From positions 39,060,001-39,124,000 of the forward strand of contig OY740798.1 in the NCBI GenBank assembly GCA_963514005.1: DNA of 64,000 nt. The letters are read 5' to 3'. The notes beneath the pieces are model-generated. The model worked only from the letters and a program-made list of their open reading frames with translations, was not told the DNA's origin and did no database searches. Both the position numbers and the translations under genes were made by a program. Below, piece after piece: positions 38,458-51,557 of this stretch (its first letter is position 1; each line of letters begins with the position of its first letter). This stretch comes from Raja brachyura. Taxonomy: Eukaryota.

Positions 38458-38663
38458 ATAGGAAGGAAATGCAGATGCTAGTTAAAACCTAAGATAGACA
38501 CAAAAAGCTGGAGTAACTCAGCGAGTCAGACAGCATCTCTGGAGAAAAGGAATACGTGACGTTTCTGGTCTGAAGAAGGGTGTCGACCCGAAACGTCACC
38601 CATTCCCTTCCTCCAGAGAAGCTGTCTGACCCGCTGAGATGCTCCAGCTTTTTGTGCCTATCT
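38458..38663. mobile_element. Hairpin mini-element of two inverted Penelope termini with a central hammerhead core
   Basis: Arms at 38492-38565 and 38590-38663. The + strand reads GGU-CUGAAGA-A-GGGU(GUCG)ACCC-GAAACGUC-ACC (38567-38600). TSD ATCTGTG(G/A)TATGT at 38445-38457 and 38660-38672. Confidence 0.85.
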
Positions 38664-40159
38664 GTGATATGTCTGATGACCTGACAACTGCCAGAATTCT
38701 GCCTAGTGGAATGAATCATTAAAAATCAGTATGTTTGAGTGGGATCTCACAGATGTAACCACAGTGCTTCTAATACTAGAAGATCACATCATGACTGCAG
38801 AACTATTCATTTCTACATTCAGGTTGAAGACCTCCTGAATACTTCATTTAAAAGCCACGCTTAATGCCAATTCTTGAAGTGATTTCACAGAAGTATCTAA
38901 ATATCATACTACGGATAAGATAAACAAAATAGTATTAATGTACAGTTAACAAAAGTAACAACTACTGCTATGAAATTAATTGCATAATTATATTTTTATT
39001 ACTGCTCTTAGTTCTCTAAATAATGAAGATTCACATACCAGTTTAACTTTCAGTGACTTGCATTTTCTGTTTTTTATAATTATAATAATTTATAGTAGTG
39101 AAACAAACACGCAAAATGAGAGACATCAATGTAGACATGATATCTCATAAGTTTCCTTTTAAGGCTATACCTGCAGTCAATGGTATGAAGAGCCCTTAGC
39201 TAGAGCAGATTACTGATCCAGGTACATGGCTTACATTGGACAGTCTGTCAAAAGGTCATCTGAAGCCAGAAAAAATGAAAACTGGTTCCAGGTGTTTAGC
39301 ATGGGCACAATTGGACAGAATCAATTTGTTCATTGATGATACAGTTCACATTTCGCAGCTAAATTATCCATAACTTCATGGGAAGAAGTTGCACATATTT
39401 CCCCATTTCCCGTTCCTGCTCCCCACTATTAGTCTGCAACATCACAAGCTGTCAAATAATCTTTGGAAAGTGGACTAAAACACCCACCTGGAATGGCAAA
39501 CCCTTCTGTGTGTTTGGTAGGTGTAATTTTCATTTGGAGCTGATTGGGCCTTTAGCAAAATTAAAATTAAGGACAGGCCAGTTGTGCCTCCTACATGTGC
39601 AGAATGGCAAGAGGAATTAAAGGGGATGAGCAGAGATGTGGTTGGAGAATGAGGAGGAGTTAGTGAAGGGAAAACATTTTATTCTTCATTAATTAGGTTG
39701 GAGGGAGTAGGGATATGAATGCATCTTCCAGCTAGCCAGTGAGATTGTCCGGTAATAGGCAAGTTACCTGTCTTAGGTTCTGAGGCAACAACCCATGCAT
39801 AAAAATAAGGGTCTAGAAAATGCTTGACATGTAAATGTTCCACACCATTCTGCACATGATGAAATATAGAATGACACTGATTCTGAAAAAGTTATATATT
39901 AATTAAAAATAGTATTCAGAAATAACTGGTACCAACAGCTTCACATGTTGCATCCTCAGATCGCATTAGCTGAAACCACTTGAGGCTTTCCTGAATTCAG
40001 GACAGAAAGCAAAGATCTCCTTAGCCTAACTATGTGAAAGAGGAGGTTATTGAGAGTGGAACGTTTATGGCAGATGGTGGTATTTCTTGAGGCTCATTTT
40101 CATATCCTTCATTCAAAATGTTTACCATCGCAAAATTGCTAATTCGGTGTTATCCCACT

Positions 40160-40381
40160 ATCGTATCTACTCCCTACACACTTGGGGCAATTTATAGTGG
40201 CCAAAGGTTATACAAACCCGTACATCTTTGAGATGTGGGGGGAAACCAGAGCACCCAGAGAAACCCATGCGGTCCCAGGGAGAACATGTAAACTTCACAC
40301 ATACAATACCCATGTTGAGGATCGAACCGGAGTCTCTAGCACTGTGAGGGAGCGCCTCTACCAGCTGCGCCACTGTGCCGC
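40160..40381 (-). mobile_element. HE1/V-SINE-like SINE
   Basis: Minus strand head GCGGCACAGTGGCGCAGCTGGTAGAG (A box) ... CCGGTTCGATCC (B box), followed by the V-domain. Confidence 0.88.
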
Positions 40382-43300
40382 TCTTTCTTTAGGACATTAT
40401 CGTTGGTTGCAATGTATTCTTAAAATGAAGACAAGATTGTTCAACATTTTTGGAGACGAGAGTTAATTACAATCACTCTACAATTGGATGATAATTTAAT
40501 CCAATTGAAAATCCTAAGACTGAAGCAGCATAGTTCATGACGCAAGGCTTTGTAAGAAGAAAAAAAAATTGATCTGTATTAAGTATTTGAATTTCTGCAA
40601 ATGAAATCTGAAAGGCCAAACAACTTAGTGATAACATCAATTGAATGTAGCTAATTTGTAACAATGAGCCATGTCACTTCATATTCCTCTAACTTTACTA
40701 AAGTATTATCTTTAAAATAATAATGAACATGATGAATTTAACAGGGTTCTTGTTATTTAAGTTTAAAAATATATTACACAGGCAGTGTGCTAGGCCAACA
40801 CTCACCTTTATTCCCTTATCCTTAATGAAGAGATTGATTTGCATATTCCAGTTTAATAATAGGGGCACAATCACATATTTCTCTGCTAAAATCTGACAGA
40901 AGCAGCAATGATTATGGAGATGTGTAACATAGTGTGTTGGACTGATCCAGTAATAGTTCTATGCAGTACTAGCTTCAGAGGATATAAACACCATCAGAAA
41001 TAAACATATCTCTCAGATCATCTGATCTGAAATAAATCTGATGCAACATCACAGTTTTGTGAGGCTCGCTAATGTGTAGGCAAAGTGAAGAGATATTTTG
41101 CATAATTAAAATCCAGCTTTGTAAGAGAAACGAGAAGAGTTGTTATTTTCTAAAGTTCGTCACAACTTACAGGAAGCAGTGTTAGTTTCTCTCAGGGAAT
41201 GATTTCTAGTCCAAGGCTAGACAGTGAGTGTTAATCTATTGTAAAAAGGAATCCCATTCCTCACGTAGCATTCATAGCTACTAAATAATGATCAGCATCA
41301 GGATCCCAGGGCAACTCAGAAGTATTCACGTAATTGGAACATTCCCAATCAGCCCATGAGTGTTCAGATTTCTGGGTTTAACTCTATCTCTGGTTTTGCT
41401 TGTTTCCAAAAAGACCAAAGCAGCAAGAACAGCAACATCTTGTTTTGTACCCATTCAGATTAAATGTAGTTAGAATAATGTTTTTAAGCTTTCTTGGAAA
41501 TAAAAGTGCAGGAAATCACCAAGACTAGATGGCACAAACCATAGCAAATGGGGGCAATTTATTGATGCTCATCTTGAGGGTTTTTTAATTGCACGAGCTT
41601 ATAATCTACTAGTTACAACTGCCTCTCGATGTTAAAATTACAGCAGACATAAAACTGCAGGGCACTTATAAATATTCGACCTCTGCATTGTAAGTAGTAC
41701 TGGACAAACATGATTGAACATTTGCATTTTGCCTTCTATATAATACTTACTTCCTATCACCTGCTAAATTAACAAAACGTATTTGACTACGTCATTAAAG
41801 CAGAAAATGCTGGAAATACTGAGGTACAACTACCTGAGTTTTTTGATTTTTTGTCAGATTTCCAGCATCTACTCACTTTGCTCTTTCATTGTATAATAAT
41901 AATAATAATCTACATTTAACTGAACTACCCCCCAAATCCCATCCTGCCCAATGCTTTCAGTTTGAGTCCTGTCCCGGTGCTTGGATTCCATTCCATGAGC
42001 TAAGAAGTGGATCAACAGGCGGGCAGGAATGAAGCAACTCAGGAAAGCAGCATATTGAGAATGGACCCAAAGGAATATGAAAGTATCTTAGGTTTGTTTA
42101 TATATACACTATACAAGCCCCGTAATACCACTCATTAGAAGGTTAATAGAGGTTTACATAAACTGAGTCGAACACTTTCTTTACGAACGCTTTTATAATT
42201 CAGCAAACTGCACTAAAGTTATAGAAATGTTCATATTTTTCTCAGTGTTTGAAGTTTCACACACGCAGGCAGAGCATGTGTGTCTAACATCAGTGTTGGT
42301 CAAAACAAAGTAAAGCTCCCAAACTTGAACAACCACAAATACATACATTTTTACAGCCTATTTTTGCTAACTTTGTTGGAGCTTTTCGGAGGAATTGTTG
42401 CAAAAATAGTTCCCAATTCCCCAAATATACTTTTAAACTATTGACATTGTACAACAAGATGGAACTTTAATATACGAGCCTGAACTAGCTTCCAGAAAAC
42501 TCTTTTAAAATGTGCGCAGGTGCCTCAAGATTTCATTTAAAAACAGGGAACTTGTCAGTCAGGGAAATCCTGTTGATTATCATTGTTACACCACGTAAAA
42601 CAATCCAAATAGTTTTTGTGTTCTCAATCTAATGTTATCCACATTATTTTTAATATATTACACTTAATCCTGATTCACCTACGTACCTTCATTCAACAAA
42701 GCAAATTACCAGCAGAGATTATTGGTTACATTTTCCACTGCCTATCTGCATAGGTAATACAGATTTGGATAGGGTTTGGTCCACAGATCAAATATTCCAA
42801 TCCTAACAGAATTATATTCACCTGGGTCTGATCAAAGAGTTGATTTGGGGTATGGTGCACTTCAGACACGACTTGCCAAATTTGCTTTGGTCAGGCTGAC
42901 TTTGCCAAAATGTCTATGTAAAGTCTTTGTTTGGCCTGTGTATGAGTTTTGAAAAAGGATTAGAAGAATGGCATCAATGTTCCCACAAAATAAAAATAAT
43001 GTTGCGTTTTCTAAAGTGACAATTATATTTGCGATGGCCTCAGCTGAGAGCTATTAACAATTGTCTCACATACCACTGATGGATTTTTTTTGTTTGATAA
43101 TTGAGAAGGTCACATTTCAACCTCCAGTGTCAGTGCAATAATATGGCAAATTTTATCCACAAAATACAGTCATTTTAACCTTATAGATACATATTTTTGT
43201 TACAAAGCCAAATACAAGTTCAGTATTTAAGGAGTAAATATCTATTCTCCCTTGCAGCTGCAACTTGCCTATGAAAGAGCTGAGACAGTGAGGGTCGTCA

Positions 43301-44544
43301 GTACACTGATACTAGGAAGAAGAGGCAACTACTAGAACCACAAACCCCACAGTTTATCCTGCTCTCAAGAATGGTAGCCATCTCCTGGGCCATTCCTTCA
43401 CCATTAAACATAATTGCGGGCAATTATATCTTACTTGTGACCTCAGAGAATGAACTTAAATACACTTCAAAAGTATTCTTCACAAAGTATATCCCTGGAG
43501 ATGTTTGCAATTAATTCCAATTTATATTAACTGGCCTGCCACAAGAGAAATTTACTAAATGAAAAATAAATTTAAAGTGAAACGGTTTACAGGAAAAATA
43601 TGTATTCAACTCCATGCACCTCATCACTAATTTGTAGTAGATTTGTATCTCTTTTATCCCACCTCCCCAAAGGTTGTTTGTGGTACCATGGTCCTAGTTT
43701 GTGCTCATTCTTTATATACTTCCCTCGTGAATAAGGGCTTTTGGCAGATTGTTTGACCAGGAGAGCATCACTGGGAAAGAAAAAGTTGGATGATTAGAAT
43801 CCCGAGGCCACAAGGGACAAGAGAGATCACAGCCATGTAACTCTACAACTAGTAGTTGCAGCAACTGTTCCACTTTAGGTGCACTATTGAGATGAAATAT
43901 AATCTATTGCATTCAGCTGGAAAGATATGGAATGCAAGAAAACCAAATATCTGGTATTTTTAAAAGCCTGTTCTTTCATGATTAGGATCAACATTACAAT
44001 AATTTCCAATGGAATGTGCTGGCAAGCAAGTCGAACAGCAAATTATAAATTAGCAGCATAGACTCAACAGTGGTTAGGGAAGTGATCTCATATTCATTTG
44101 TTCAGTGTTTGCATGAGTACTTCAACATTTGTGTTTTTGATTACAATGTTGCGAAGGCATGTTGCAAACGTTTCCCCATCAATATTATTATTTCACTTGG
44201 TAGAAATTTGTTAAATAAATATATATTTGTAAAGTACACATTTTTTCCTTGAATACCTGCGATGTGGCTGGTAAAAGAATCAGAAGGGTGTCAATGGGCA
44301 CGGGGGAAAGTATATCACAAGAAATATACGGGGATTGGTTCTGTTGGAATGCTCTGAGAGTCGGCATAGAATCCAAAGAATGAAGGGCCTCCATCCATGT
44401 CAACAGAAAAAATGAGGCCAAGGACTGTGATTCAAATATTTAGACAATTAATTATAGGACTGTTATAAGAATCAATGAGGCTTTCAATTTTGAATCATTT
44501 TACAGAATGATAGTGTTAAGCAAATGTAATCAAGGAAAGTGCCT

Positions 44545-44893
44545 AACACCAGGGAAGACACCCAGCAACTGGTGATGTCCATGAATTGCAAACGTCAAGC
44601 AGCCATTGCATGCAAAGGATATGCAACAAAATACTAAACATTACTACTTTCATTTACATGGCATTGCTCTGTTCCAAACATTATGGTGCCCTGAAATGGG
44701 GGGACTATTCATAAACACTGCTGTAATTTCTACATGGTGAAACCAAAATGTATAAAAATGGCCTTATTTTAAATCTGCCAATGTGCACTTTAGCCACATG
44801 TGATTTTTTTCCTATTACAAATATCAAATTGTGGAGTACAGAGGCAAATAAATAAATGATGGGTCTTTGACCCAAACATTATGGAGGGCACTG
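44545..44893 (-). mobile_element. Partial copy of the Tc1-type element at 32346, inverted
   Basis: Reverse complement of ~32346-32680. It ends GAGGGCACTG|TA. Confidence 0.85.
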
Positions 44894-45733
44894 TATATTG
44901 AATAGTTTGTCAATGCTCTGCAAATAATGTTTTAGAATGTGTTTTATTACACTTGGAAAATTCTGTACAGGCCTGATTTCCATTTCACAAATTGGAGACA
45001 CCAGCAAAAACACAAAAGAGATTTACAAAGATGCTCACCGAAATTATGGTTTAAAGCAACAGAAAGAATTGCAAAGTATTGGGGACATTTTATGATGGGG
45101 GTGAAGTATGACCCAAAAAACATCTTTCGAGTTTTAAAGGAGTTTGATAGATGGGGAGAAAATGATTCCATCAGTGAAAATATTCCACACTAATGACAAT
45201 ATAAAAATTATTAGAATTTTAAAAAGCTTTCTTTTGAATATTTTAATAATAGTGTGATTAAAATGTGTAATTTGCTACCACATGGAGTTAATAGCAGTGA
45301 TAGATTTAAGGCAAAATTAGCAAAGTGCTTTAAGGAGAATGGTTTCAAAAGAAATGCTGAGAAGGTATGATGATATTAGGTGGGAGCTATCTTAGAGAAA
45401 GAGCACCAGCACCGATCAACTTGGTAAAAAAACATGTTGAGATGTGAAATTTAAGTAATGAATTAAAAGATGGGTAAGACAAATAATCTCACTTCTACAT
45501 ATTTGCCCATGGATGCAATGGGATATAGATTTGGTGGATTATAATGCAGTCAGCAAATTCTGGAGATCAGCAGGTGTACTGGTTTCTAAATGGAGCATAT
45601 GGTTCTGTATGATATCATTGTTAAAAACTTACGATAACTTACAAAAAGCTGATCGACACTGTATGCATTATATGGAGAAAATAACAATCATTAACCACCC
45701 AATAATTTTCAACTCCTGCAAAACTATTGGTAG

Positions 45734-45869
45734 ATAGACACAAATGTGTAGGAAGGGGCTGCAGATGCTGGTTTAAACCATACACACAAAAAGCTGGAGT
45801 TGCTCAGCAGGACAGGCAGCATCTCTGGAGAGAAGATATGGATGACGTTTTGGGTCGAGACCCTTCTTC
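45734..45869 (-). mobile_element. Penelope terminus, short copy (hammerhead core mutated)
   Basis: 13-bp TSD AAACTATTGGTAG at 45721-45733 and 45870-45882. Confidence 0.85.
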
Positions 45870-46253
45870 AAACTATTGGTAGCTTTGGCCAAGTGCTCAG
45901 GACAACATACTTGCTTGTTACAGTGTGTGAGATATAACCTATCATCACAATGTAGACTCTTTGGGACAATGAACAAATACATCCATGCATTCTTTGGATG
46001 GGGGCAATGGTGAAAGATACAGACAACTGGATTTATTGCAGATTAACTTCCCCAAGTGTCAAAACGTAGTTACATTATATGCAGGTTCTACTCAAGAAGC
46101 CAAGTCTAAGCCAGGCCGCCTTAAATGCATTTTTATAAAAGAAAATCACATTATATTTAGATGGTCTCGATTACTGCCGACAAAATTACCTGATAATGTC
46201 ACATTCACAAAACATGGGGCAAACATCAATTTCAAAATAATTCCGAAGTATTA

Positions 46254-46573
46254 AAGCCCTGTCCCATGGTACGAGTTCATTCCAAGAGTTCTCCCGAGTT
46301 TGCCCTGATTCGAACTCGGAGATGTACGGTAATGGCCACTCGTCGGTACTCGGGGCTCTCGTGGACATTTTTCATCATGTTGAAAAATCTTCACGAGTCT
46401 TCCCGTGCTTACCTGCCGTTAGTGAGTCTTCCCGAGTACCTGCCATTAGTGCGAAGAGACGTCCCCGAGCTCCGACGTACCCGCTACGTTCATTCTCCGT
46501 GCTTACCACGAGTTTGATTTTTTTTAAACTCGGGATTGCTCTTGGAATGAACTCGTACCGTGGGACAGGGCAT
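46254..46573. mobile_element. Harbinger-type MITE with ~35-bp TIRs
   Basis: A(A/T)GCCCTGTCCCA(T/C)GGTACGAGTTCATTCCAAGAG at both ends, TTA TSD (46251-46253, 46574-46576), internal tandem duplication ~46396-46452. Confidence 0.9.
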
Positions 46574-49500
46574 TTACACAGCAACCACACAAGTTATTTG
46601 TTACTTATGTGGGGCAACCCACACTAAATAATTTGATCATATTCTCAATTTGCTTAAATTAGAAAATAATGCATGTTTGTTGCAATGGATCACTGCATCG
46701 CAGGAATGTATCATGGTCAGCTGTTGGAAGAACTAGTGTACCAATGAAATCAAAGAAGAATGTGGAAGTAACCTTGAAATCCATTAGCTAAATGAGTAGT
46801 GATGCTCTGGAACAAAATTCATTCACTATTTCAAATAATCACACTAGACTGAAACCTGTACTACATAGGGTTAGTAATAGGATAACATTATTATTTTTTT
46901 GTTGAACTGCTAAACAGTTTTAAACATCACACTCACATAAAAGCTCTATGACCATCAAATGTCAGCATATTTGCTTGAGGAGCATGGTATGGTTTATGCA
47001 CACAACACATGCAGAAATTAGCAAATTACTTTCAGCTACAAATATGCTCATTACACTCATTTAAGATCATTTCCCCCATTCCAGCAAAACATCCTGTGCG
47101 GAAAAGGTTTTAAATCAGATATGAAACGAATGTGAACGGACATTTATGTTGTCTTACAGTATCCATATGCAGATGATGTAGATTTATAAAATCAAAATAT
47201 ATGTTAGAAATTTGAAATAAAACAAGAAAATGTTGGAAATGTTCATCTAAAGGGGAATGAGTTAATATTTTTCCAATTTGAGCAACCATTTTCCTTATCA
47301 CCACTTTTTATATTGAATAACTCTTTTAACTCAATCATATCCTTCACATAAAATGTTGCTCTGGTAAACCTTGGTCTTTCTCTGTGGTGATTTTCATTAA
47401 ATTTACTTTCAAGGTTCAAAGTTTGTTTAATGTTAATTTCCAACCATTGCAGTGTATAACTGATTTGTGCTTGATTTTCTTGACTTCAGGTGACAGACTC
47501 CACTCACATCTATTATACAAGTTGAGACATCCTCTACAACCTCAACATTTATTTCATCCAATTCACCGACTTGTAGGACTATTCTTCTCATTTCATGTTA
47601 CCTACTGCAAAGTAAAAATGGCTTTGACAAAATGTTCCTAGACCCAAACATTAACCCTATTTTCCTATGTCTCTGTATGAACCTCAAATTGCCAAATGTT
47701 TGTGAACTGGTTGAATGTAAATTTGCAGTATTTTACAATACTTGTGGGTGATCCTTGTGCTCTTGTCTGTTGACTACATGTGACTAATTGATCTGGTAAA
47801 CTTAATTCTGGCAAACAGCTATTCAAAATACATGACTATACAAGACTTGAAATCCTCAAGACGTTTTGGATCCATTTCAATTTGATTTACACCAGCACAA
47901 GGACATATTAAATTCTGCAAATACATGCTTATATAATTCATAAATGCCATACTGGTCTTGACTGAAGATTGATGATCAATATTAATGTTACCGGAAAACC
48001 CTTTGATCTAATGTAGGGATTTATATCTAAGTTGCTTGCTTAACCACAAACATTCCCCCAGATTTTTTGCACTGAACTGTTCCAATGTTCTTTCGTTACC
48101 CTGTTTCAAAAGTAGTATAATTTAGCCTCATGAAAATATTTTTGGCATGGCTAATACTATCTCTATTCTTATGTGACCAAAGGTGTAATGAATTGGTATG
48201 CATTATTCAGTGGCGATATTATGAGGGAAGATGGGAGTCGGGAAGGAGGATTGTTTTATCTTTTAATTATCTTACATTAATCTAGTTGTTGCGATTATTT
48301 CAAGTTTAAATCTCATTTCACGAGTTCAGTTAAAAGGAAATCAGTTTGTCTTGAAGATACTAATACAGCAAAAATGTATTTGTGGTGATATCAAGTACTT
48401 AAATTGATATTGTCATGTTCACAAATGCAAATTATTACCCCGAAGAATGAATATTTTTGAAGGCTGCAAGTGAATGTCTATAAGGGTTCTTATTTTGCAA
48501 CCAGCATTACTTTTGATCTGATAATTAACAGTCTCCTTTACCAATGATATCCCTTGTATCTTGTTATACAGTACTATTAAGATCTAGTTGTCCAAGCTGG
48601 CAGAAGATGAGTGTGGAGGACTTCACGAGTGTGCAGCCAAGAAGGCTATTTGTTTCAAATGATAATAACTTATTGCTTCCCAAGTGAAATTACTGAGAAA
48701 TGTTTTATTTGAGTTGCTTTTCCCTCCCTATCTTAGTGGTGTCAAATACCATTGTGTGCCTAAACTAGTACCAGTCAGCAAACTCTGCATCCAGTATGAC
48801 TCAGTTTTACCAAAAAAGTCATGTGGGAGCCTTTGGAAAGTACCCTGAATGATGCTGTGAAATTAGGTTACTGCAATGAATGAACAATGGAACACAAATT
48901 ACCCAGTAAGTGACAATGATCTGCAAAAACATGAACTCAAGTGGTTTTGAAGGACAATGCAAACTGAAAGATATTGTTTTGAATGACAGCAAAGCATAAC
49001 AATGTATAGCTTTGAACTCACAGACAGCTATTTATTGCTGCATGTGGCATACAAAAGGTATACTGATAAGAAGTAGTTGTATATTGCAAATCAAGGACTA
49101 AATATGATCGAGATATAGGAAGGGAAGGCAGATGTACTCTGATACTATTTCATTTCCCACCAAGCAAAAGTCATAACGTCTCTTTGAAGCTGGACCAAGT
49201 TCAGATACAAAATATTGTAAAGATTGTTGGCTTCATAAACGTCTCACTGCAGTTCCGAATTACATTATGCATACAAAGTTATTTTGAAGCATATTTATAA
49301 TTTTTCATTTAGTTAAATTAAGGATCAGTCTCCAACTTTTTCTCATCTGCATTAAGACTGGTAGAACAAGAAATGTCCTATAGAGGCAACAGAGATGTTC
49401 ACTACTCAGGCTGAGTAGAATCTATTCACATGCAGGAGTATTGAGGGGATGTCAAGATGATGAAAAATAAAGAAATCAAGATTTTGGGATACATCCAGAA

Positions 49501-50307
49501 ATGCTTCTGCAACAATTTTCTTTTATTTAAATTAGTATTTCAGCCCTCTCCATTGAATATTTGGATGCAAATCAAATCTGAGAAAAATCTTTTGGTTTTG
49601 AAATAGGTTCTCTTGATTATCTGTTGTTTTTATAAATTGCAATGAGTATCAATTCAATGAAAAAAATATCTTTAATATGACTAATGTTCAGAATTGGGTT
49701 TAAAAACTTTGTAAAAGACCAATACTAAGTAACGACAGAAAATCACTGACTATCTCTTTAAGCAAACTCCTCCCTCCCCTTCTTCCCCAAAAATGTGTTA
49801 TGTACATGCACCATTGTCAGGGTGGGCAGGCAACAATCAGGAAAACTCAAATCTTCACATGGCTAGTTCAGAAGAAACTCTTCATTAATGGTCTCTTCCA
49901 TCTGCCATGTTGTTTGGTTAGTAATTACAAATATAAGTATAAATGGCTGAATTTTCACCTAGTGCCAAAAGGTAAAGGCAAGCACACCCTGATATGTTAA
50001 ATTAAGTACAACCAACATTAAATATTAATGCAAATATAAATTTCCATTCTGGCTGTACTTGCACAACAGACAACAGACTTTTTCCTGTTTTTTACACAAC
50101 TGAAGACTTATGACCATTTTACTTAAACTGATCTCATTACCTGTGACCTTCAATCCACTTTTCTTAAAGATGGAAATAGTAAGAACTGTAAAACTGTTCC
50201 AGTATATTCCCCAGTAAACTGAAGATCATTCCCTGCAGGTTCAATATAGCATTTGGCAGTTCAGATAATAACAGATGTTTTTTTTTCTTTTTACATACAT
50301 AGAGACA

Positions 50308-50480
50308 GTGCGTATGCATGTGTGTGTGTATGTGTGTGTGTGTGTGTGCGTGTGTGTGTATCAATGCGCATGTATGTGTGCATATGTACTTGTTCATGTA
50401 TGTGTGAATGCAAGTGTGTATGCATGCGTGTATGTGATTGTACACATATATAATATATATTTGCATTTATATATATATAT
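50308..50480. repeat. Compound (TG)n/(TA)n microsatellite
   Basis: Directly visible. It reads as CA-rich on the PHF21A strand, ~0.9 kb after the stop codon. Confidence 0.9.
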
Positions 50481-51338
50481 CTGCTCAATTTCTAACATTT
50501 TGTTTACTATAAATCACCTCGTTAGGAAACAAAAGCACTCAACAATTTTCTTGATCTAATTTCGGTAACACTAGGAAGACCTGAATATTTCCCAAAGCTT
50601 AAACCCCCCCCCCCCCCCCCCCAAAATCTCAGGACAAATTCAGTCTGCCCACCTTTTGTTTTCCAGTGCCTAAGACACGGAAACAACTATTTGTACAATT
50701 AACAACCAACTGACATTTTAAAACAAAATTAAAAAGAAACACTCTTCATCATAAGCCATGCATGGTTTTGGTGCCATCACCTACCCTCCCAATAATAAAT
50801 ATCCATTTGTGTTTTTTTGCATTTAAAAACAAAATAGGAATATCATTGTACTCTGTGCTGTGCCCATAACACAATGTACCTGTCTCTCTGTACTTCTGAT
50901 TCAGCCTTTGCTACTTCAGTTACAGTCAGTGATTAGGACCATCATGTTCTCGTGCCTTTCAACCTTTGCTTCCTGTACTATATTTCCCCCTATCATGTTG
51001 CATTGCATGAAATATGTTATTCTGCTCAAGTAGTCCCGGACTCGGAAATCATGAAAACGCATTCCATGACCAGGGCAGCTCATTAAGTCATCACGATTGT
51101 TTTCTATCTGTATCCCTGAAGAGTAGACAACTAAAAACCAAACTGGTGGCAGCAGGCACACACTGGTATTTCACTTGGCTTGACGCTGGTTCTTACCAAG
51201 CTGGCACTCCCAATGTGGATCTATAAGAACACAATCCAGCACAGAATTATCTTTCAATTGGCAAGTCAGGAACAGCCTGTCACAATTTTGTTCCCAGAAA
51301 GGTTTATAAGTTCTACAGTATCTAGCCCTTTCTTTCAG

Positions 51339-51557
51339 CTACTTGGTGTCTAAATTACTGTCACAGTTCACTGGTGAAGGTTCAATGGTGGGAGAGTTCA
51401 TATAGTCTGTGGGGTTGTTGACTGCCTCATCTGTTGGTGTAGCATTTTTTGTGAGCTGTATACCCTGGATCAGGAGTATCAGCTGTTTTACTTTCTCCAA
51501 CGAGGACTGCATATCCTTTTGTCGAGCGAGCAATGTATTCTTAGTCTCCATACATTT
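51339..51557 (-). CDS. PHF21A: PHF21A last coding exon (KCMETKNTLLARQKDMQSSLEKVKQLILLIQGI...LDTK*)
   Basis: ctttag|AAA, stop TAG at 51341-51339. The coiled-coil tail matches recalled PHF21A. Confidence 0.94.
   Translation of the reverse strand, partial: KCMETKNTLLARQKDMQSSLEKVKQLILLIQGIQLTKNATPTDEAVNNPTDYMNSPTIEPSPVNCDSNLDTK

Noticed and set aside
40330-40381. tRNA-like sequence (also at 60262)
   Set aside because: It has A/B boxes only and continues into a SINE body, with no cloverleaf.
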